From Candidatus Hydrogenedentota bacterium (GTDB lineage: Bacteria; Hydrogenedentota; Hydrogenedentia; Hydrogenedentales; SLHB01): DNA of 64,000 bases. This document shows positions 58,958 through 64,000 of the stretch, piece by piece. Under the pieces are notes generated by a model. That model had not been told where the DNA came from, made no database searches, and saw only the letters and a list, made by a program, of their open reading frames with translations. The DNA lies in assembly GCA_963668025.2 (NCBI GenBank), contig CAXXTH010000010.1, forward strand, positions 704,001 through 768,000. Direction: 5' to 3'. Positions within the stretch are counted from its first letter, which is position 1. The number at the start of each line of letters is the position of its first letter. The position numbers and the translations under genes were made by a program.

Positions 58958-60486
58958 AAATGATTGCGTTATTAGGTTTGCTTACGCTCATCATGTTGCT
59001 GGGCCTAAGCCGGGCGGCATGGGCCGAGCCTCTTGCGGATGACAAGAGAGACAAAATTCTGGGGCTGTATGTCCATCAGCATTGGCCTTATAACCATCCC
59101 TACGCCGCACGGACATGGACGGTGGAAGACTGGCGCGGTTTCATGGACGGACTCCATAAACTCGGCTATAACACGGTCAAGATTTGGCCCGTACTGGAAA
59201 CTATGCCGGATCCGCTCACCCCAAGCGATGAAGCCAATCTCGATAAAATTCGCCAAGTCATTGATATCGCTCACGAATCCTTCGGCATGAAGGTCTTCAT
59301 CGCGTTATGCCCGAATGTGATCGCCGACAGCGCCGTGGCCAAGCAGGCGGAATTCGAGAAACGCCATTTCTTCCATAGCGACCTTCGCGTGAATCCTGGC
59401 GATCCAAAGGCCATGGCCGACATGATCGCATGGCGTGAAAAGCTGCTGACGCCGTTGGCTAAAATGGACGGCCTTACCATCATCGACAGCGATCCCGGCG
59501 GCTATCCGGACTCGAACAACGATGAATACATCGCGCTCATGGCCGCCCATCGCGCTTTGCTGGACAAGATACGCCCCGGCATCGAGCTGATCTACTGGTC
59601 CCACGCCAGTTGGCCGGGTTATTGCCGCTTTTATAATACCGGCGTATTCGCCATGGGCGAGCCTGAAGAATTCATCGACACCCACAAAAAATTCGCCGCG
59701 CTCGATCCCGAGCCATGGTGCCTCGCTGCAGGAAAACATGCGGAGGAGGCGGGCCTCGCGGACCGCGTGATCACGTATGAATATGGCAGCATCGAGGGCG
59801 AACCGAGCTTCCCGCTGACGAACTTCGGAACAAAGTACGCCTACGAGGGCGGCTCACGCACCAAGGCGCTGGGCGTCATGGGCAATGCCCAGACGCACTG
59901 CGTACAATTGCCCAATATCTTCGCATTCGCCCGGGGCGCGAAAGGCTTACCGGCGGAAGACGCCGATTACGTGGCATTCGCCAATGACTTGATTCCAGGA
60001 CAGGGTCAGGCCATCTGTAACGGCTGGCAAGCCTTAGCCACGGCTACTCCCGAGGAAGCGCGGCGCATGGCGGATGAACTCGAAGCGATGTCGAAACAGC
60101 CTCATGAAATGGGCTCTCTCGGCGGGCTGCTTTTCGGAAGCCCAGAACGTTTTCTGGCGGACCTTGCATATGAGCTGCGCTTCGTAGCTGCGCGCAATGA
60201 ACTCTGTGCGGCATCGGCCAGCGGCGCGGACATCAAGCCCGCGTTCAAAGTGTTTACCAAAGCTGCTCAAGCGTGGCAGGCGCGCCATGGCTACGAGGGC
60301 CAGTGGTGGATGGGTGAAGAACTTCAGGCCGCCGTCGAGAAAATGAATGCGCCCGAGATCGAGGCCGTGTTGCATCCCCGAATCCTCGCGCGCACACCCT
60401 TCGGCAAAGTGAAAGAAGAACTATACCGATATGAAGTCCAGACTTCCGAGATGATCGCCGCGATGATTGCGGCCAGTGAACGGTAA
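58954..60486 (+). CDS. Secreted hypothetical protein, possibly glycoside-hydrolase-like
   Basis: Signal peptide; WTVEDWRGFMD..LGYN..IW TIM-barrel-like start; DSDPGG; overlaps the permease stop. Confidence 0.55.
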   Translation: MKMIALLGLLTLIMLLGLSRAAWAEPLADDKRDKILGLYVHQHWPYNHPYAARTWTVEDWRGFMDGLHKLGYNTVKIWPVLETMPDPLTPSDEANLDKIRQVIDIAHESFGMKVFIALCPNVIADSAVAKQAEFEKRHFFHSDLRVNPGDPKAMADMIAWREKLLTPLAKMDGLTIIDSDPGGYPDSNNDEYIALMAAHRALLDKIRPGIELIYWSHASWPGYCRFYNTGVFAMGEPEEFIDTHKKFAALDPEPWCLAAGKHAEEAGLADRVITYEYGSIEGEPSFPLTNFGTKYAYEGGSRTKALGVMGNAQTHCVQLPNIFAFARGAKGLPAEDADYVAFANDLIPGQGQAICNGWQALATATPEEARRMADELEAMSKQPHEMGSLGGLLFGSPERFLADLAYELRFVAARNELCAASASGADIKPAFKVFTKAAQAWQARHGYEGQWWMGEELQAAVEKMNAPEIEAVLHPRILARTPFGKVKEELYRYEVQTSEMIAAMIAASER

Positions 60487-60508
60487 CCATACACTCATAT
60501 CTTGGCGC

Positions 60509-60536
60509 TGGGGAAGGCGGAAATCCGCCTTCCCCA
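60509..60536. terminator. Strong hairpin (probable bidirectional terminator); insertion site of intron copy 2
   Basis: TGGGGAAGGCGGA-AA-TCCGCCTTCCCCA. Confidence 0.75.
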
Positions 60537-60542
60537 ATCGTT

Positions 60543-62436
60543 GTGTGCCAAGCATGGCGCGGATCTAAGGGGTGTAAGTCCCCTGCAAGCCCTGATGGTG
60601 GGAATTGCTAGCCAAGAGCAAGGGCGTCGCCGCGAGGCGGGGTCTGGAGGAAGCAGGAGGCAAAAGTCGGACTCGACGCACAGAAACCGGATAGAAGGCC
60701 GGGGTGGCGGGGCAAGCCAGCAATGGATGGCGACGCCCAATAACCATTCGGACACACACCTTGGTAAATCCGGCGAGGCCCGGCGGAAAGAGGCGCGTCT
60801 TACCTTGGGAGACCTGTTCATCTGTCTGGAAGAGCCAGACTAGCGGGATGGCAACATGTCGCGAGGGGTGGGCAGGAGTCAGCCGAGGCCATAATACCCG
60901 CAAGGGGAAGGGCCGAATCGATCATTCAAGGAGCAGCATTGAACGTCTCGTGGGATAGGGAGCGGCAGGAAGTAGCAGGTTGCCAGATGGAGTTCCCACT
61001 GGAGTCGGCTTGCCACGGCGCAATCGGAGAAGGCGGAACCGAATCGGATGCGTTCGAGGCGCGGCAACTATTTCCGGCGGCGAACAAGAGGCGAGCCTTG
61101 ACGCAAGACTTGATGGAACGGGTCGCGAGTCTTGCGAACCTGACGGAAGCGGTACGCCGGGTGCAACGGAACAAAGGCGCGGCGGGTGCGGACGTCATGA
61201 GCGTACGCGACCTGAAGCGTTGGTTTCCGGAACACTGGCGGGGACTGCAAGAGGAACTGACGGCAGGGCGCTACCGTCCCCAACCGGTGTTGGGAGTGCA
61301 AATCCCCAAGCCGGGCGGGGGGATGCGGCAACTGGGCATTCCGACGGTGGTGGACCGAGTCGTGCAACAAGCGCTCTTGCAGGCTCTCGAACCGCTTCTA
61401 GACCCGGCCTTCTCGGAAAGCAGTTATGGATTTCGTCCAAGGCACAATGCACATCAGGCGCTGCGGCAAGCCAGCACGTACGTAAGCGAAGGCCGCTGCA
61501 TTGTTGTGGACATGGACCTGGAAAAATTCTTCGACCGGGTCAACCACGACATCCTGATGGCGCGCGTGGCGCGGCACGTGTCAGACAAACGCGTACTCCG
61601 ACTCATCCGCTGGTTTCTTGAAGTGGGCATGATGCAGAACGGCGTATGCATCGAACGATACGAAGGGACCCCGCAAGGCGGTCCTCTATCGCCGCTGCTG
61701 GCCAACCTGCTCTTGGACGACCTGGACAAGGAGTTGGAGAAACGAGGGCATCGTTTTTGCCGCTATGCGGACGACTGCAACATTTACGTGCAGACGATAC
61801 GCGCGGGAGAACGTGTCCTGACATCGGTCACGCAGTTCCTTGAGGGGAAGCTGAAACTACGGGTGAACCGCGAGAAGAGCGCGGTGGCGTTCGTGGGAGA
61901 GCGGAAATTTTTGGGTTATCGCTTGCTGGGTGGGGGGCGATTGGGCATCGCGCCCAAGAGCCTCGACCGGGCGAAAGACCGCATCCGCGACATCACGCGA
62001 CGCAACCGCGGCGACGCCAAAGTGCGCCAGATGATTGAGGAGCTCAACAGCTTCCTGAGCGGCTGGATAACCTACTATCGGTTTGCCGAAGCAAAGGGCC
62101 ATCTGGAACGCCTCGGGGAATGGATGCGGCGCAAACTGCGCTGCGTCATCCTCAAACGCCTCAAGCGCACGAAAACCATAGCGGACTTCCTTAGAAAACT
62201 AGGCGTGCCGCAATTTCAGGCGTGGATACTCGCAGGGTCCGGGAAGGGCTGGTGGCGCAAAGCGGGGAGTCCTCCCGCGCAACACGCCATGGACAAACAA
62301 TGGTTCGCGAAACAAAAACTGATAGACCCGGTTCAACGGTACGAAACGTTCAAAAATGACCGAAACCGCCGTGGTACCGAGCAGGTATGCCCGGTGGTGT
62401 GAGAGGGGGGGACCGTGAGGAACCCCCCTACTCGAT
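60543..62436 (+). mobile_element. Group IIC intron, copy 2 (1,894 nt)
   Basis: Same boundaries and sequence as 19431-21324. Confidence 0.93.
60939..62402 (+). CDS. ltrA: Group II intron reverse transcriptase/maturase
   Basis: Protein identical to 19827-21290; RYADD. Confidence 0.93.
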   Translation: MNVSWDRERQEVAGCQMEFPLESACHGAIGEGGTESDAFEARQLFPAANKRRALTQDLMERVASLANLTEAVRRVQRNKGAAGADVMSVRDLKRWFPEHWRGLQEELTAGRYRPQPVLGVQIPKPGGGMRQLGIPTVVDRVVQQALLQALEPLLDPAFSESSYGFRPRHNAHQALRQASTYVSEGRCIVVDMDLEKFFDRVNHDILMARVARHVSDKRVLRLIRWFLEVGMMQNGVCIERYEGTPQGGPLSPLLANLLLDDLDKELEKRGHRFCRYADDCNIYVQTIRAGERVLTSVTQFLEGKLKLRVNREKSAVAFVGERKFLGYRLLGGGRLGIAPKSLDRAKDRIRDITRRNRGDAKVRQMIEELNSFLSGWITYYRFAEAKGHLERLGEWMRRKLRCVILKRLKRTKTIADFLRKLGVPQFQAWILAGSGKGWWRKAGSPPAQHAMDKQWFAKQKLIDPVQRYETFKNDRNRRGTEQVCPVV

Positions 62437-62439
62437 TAA

Positions 62440-62485
62440 TGGTGAACTGGATGGGATTCGAACCCATGACCACCGGATTAAAAGT
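62440..62485 (-). other. 3' fragment of tRNA-Lys(UUU), probable attachment site of an integrated element
   Basis: Minus strand reads ACTTTTAATCCGGTGGTCATGGGTTCGAATCCCATCCAGTTCACCA: anticodon loop, T-arm and CCA; no D-arm or 5' half. Confidence 0.8.
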
Positions 62486-62719
62486 TCTATATTACAGATA
62501 TCTTATTAATAAGCCAGGACAAGAATTCACAATAAAAATAAGGCGTTTATCAATATTCATTGTCCTTCCTTTTAGTCATTCACCCCCTTTTTTTAATCCT
62601 ACTTGCCACTACATTGTCACCTAAAGATGAAATATTATTTATAAAATATTCGTAATACTGTTTTCGTTATTGAAGAAAATACTAATAGTGAGAATATACT
62701 CACTCAATTTTATACAGCC

Positions 62720-62850
62720 TAGCGATGTTTGCGATCTTGCGATGATAATTCATAAAGCACTGCTATATCAATACTTATAGCTTTCTTACTTTTTGCGATC
62801 TGCTTGCGATGGGTTGCGATGGGTTGCGAAGGGTTGCGAAGGGTTGCGAT
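62720..62850. repeat. Iteron-like TTGCGA repeats
   Basis: Eight TTGCGA copies, including four tandem GGGTTGCGA(T/A) 10-mers at 62811-62850. Confidence 0.8.
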
Positions 62851-62914
62851 GAAATAAAAAAAACACTTCCCGTCCATGGAGGGGAAATGTTTCATGTTTA
62901 TATTTTGGGATGGG

Positions 62915-64000
62915 TCAGTTTAACAGCGCCACCCGCTTTGTGTTTGGATCATAATCCACGTATCCATGAGATTTGAGCATTAAAAGCGCCTTGACAACGA
63001 TCTCTTGCTTGCGGATACCATTAGGTCCATTCCTATGTATATAGCTTGTGGATACCGCGCCGTCCTGCTTCCGTAGCCATTCCAAAAGCCTATTAGCCAT
63101 GTGCGCTTCCTCATCGTTTTGTGAAACACTGCGCAAACGTTGCGCCTCATTCAAATACCACTTCGTGAGGATGATCCCATTTTGCATAGCGGGGAGAGAT
63201 ATTTCTTGGGCACTAAAATCCTCGATAGTTTGCAGTACACACGCGATACGCGCCGCTTGTTGTGCGGCTTTTCTAAGTGTTGAATCCACGTCTGCATATG
63301 TGTTGGCTTTGATACTTTCACGTACAAAAGAGTCAAACGCCCGCCATGCCCGCAACGCATCCGGGGACAGCCTCATCTCTTGTGGCGCAAGGTGTCTAGG
63401 GTCGCTGTTTGTTTTGAAAGGCATATTCAGCAACCGGGAGATTGCATCATAATACTTGATCATGCGCATATCTTTGTGCGGATCTTTATCCACGTGTTCG
63501 GGGGGAATCATTGGTTCCGGCCATGAAATCAAGAACCGCGATAGTAGCCCTATGCCTTCCGCCATTGGATTTCCAATAAGCGCAGGTGCTATGCAGGGCT
63601 GAATCATGATATGGGCGGCAAGCCGTCTGCCTTCTATTGACAACGAGCCATCGCCCTTCCGGCATTGCGTGATGGGATCGCCATCCCAGTATTTATTAAT
63701 CACGCCGAATGTGCGAGTAACGTTGTCTTTGTTGAATGCCAAGCCACCTAAAAGCAGTGCGCCTTCATCTGCGAATAATCCAAGACTTGGGCGGCCTTCC
63801 AGGAACAAACGGTTTAATCCTTCGATGGTTGGCTCTCCCACCGTCAAAAGATAATGCTGCGGTTCCTCTGGCTTGGTCAGGGCTTCTATGCGCCGGTTCT
63901 GTGCTTCTTGAGAGAGTTTCCCGTCCTTCAATATTCTGTCGCTCTGCGCCTTATACACGGCTTGGGCGATATGGAATTTTCGCATCTCTTCGGTATATGC
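62915..64000 (-). CDS. DUF3987/YfjI-family protein, 5' end probably beyond the window
   Basis: EPTIEGL, ADEG, WDG.PI...RK, IQP, GLLSRFL and AARIA motifs; AT-richer composition. Confidence 0.8.
   Translation of the reverse strand, partial: AYTEEMRKFHIAQAVYKAQSDRILKDGKLSQEAQNRRIEALTKPEEPQHYLLTVGEPTIEGLNRLFLEGRPSLGLFADEGALLLGGLAFNKDNVTRTFGVINKYWDGDPITQCRKGDGSLSIEGRRLAAHIMIQPCIAPALIGNPMAEGIGLLSRFLISWPEPMIPPEHVDKDPHKDMRMIKYYDAISRLLNMPFKTNSDPRHLAPQEMRLSPDALRAWRAFDSFVRESIKANTYADVDSTLRKAAQQAARIACVLQTIEDFSAQEISLPAMQNGIILTKWYLNEAQRLRSVSQNDEEAHMANRLLEWLRKQDGAVSTSYIHRNGPNGIRKQEIVVKALLMLKSHGYVDYDPNTKRVALLN

Noticed and set aside
62440-62520. Intact tRNA-Lys gene
   Set aside because: Only the anticodon loop to CCA is present; the 5' acceptor strand and D-arm are absent
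62793-62850. Possible CRISPR array
   Set aside because: Units are 10-bp tandem repeats with no spacers, and no cas genes are in the window

Overview
GC-rich bacterial chromosomal window. The gene content (DUF1559 pilin-like protein, many secreted glycan-active proteins, UroD-family protein) suggests a Hydrogenedentota/PVC-like organism, which is inference only. Core functions: surface-glycan genes (Wzy/Wzx-like, MurJ-like, O-antigen-ligase-like), dusB, a sat-linked sulfation-like operon, aroC-aroK, a thiF-thiG-thiH-thiS-thiE operon, a sugar ABC transporter, and an AraC-linked cluster of glycoside-hydrolase-like genes. Mobile DNA is abundant: two near-identical 1,894-nt group IIC introns (19431-21324, 60543-62436), a separate ORF-less IIC intron (4444-5044), two complete DDE insertion sequences with visible inverted repeats and target duplications, an internally deleted IS200 derivative, and the edge of an integrative element marked by a tRNA-Lys 3' fragment, iteron-like repeats and a DUF3987-like gene. 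The most unusual signal is a set of intergenic regions built from several nested families of palindromic and 8-10-nt periodic repeats (REP/MITE-like). All family assignments come from recognising motifs by eye; no searches were run.
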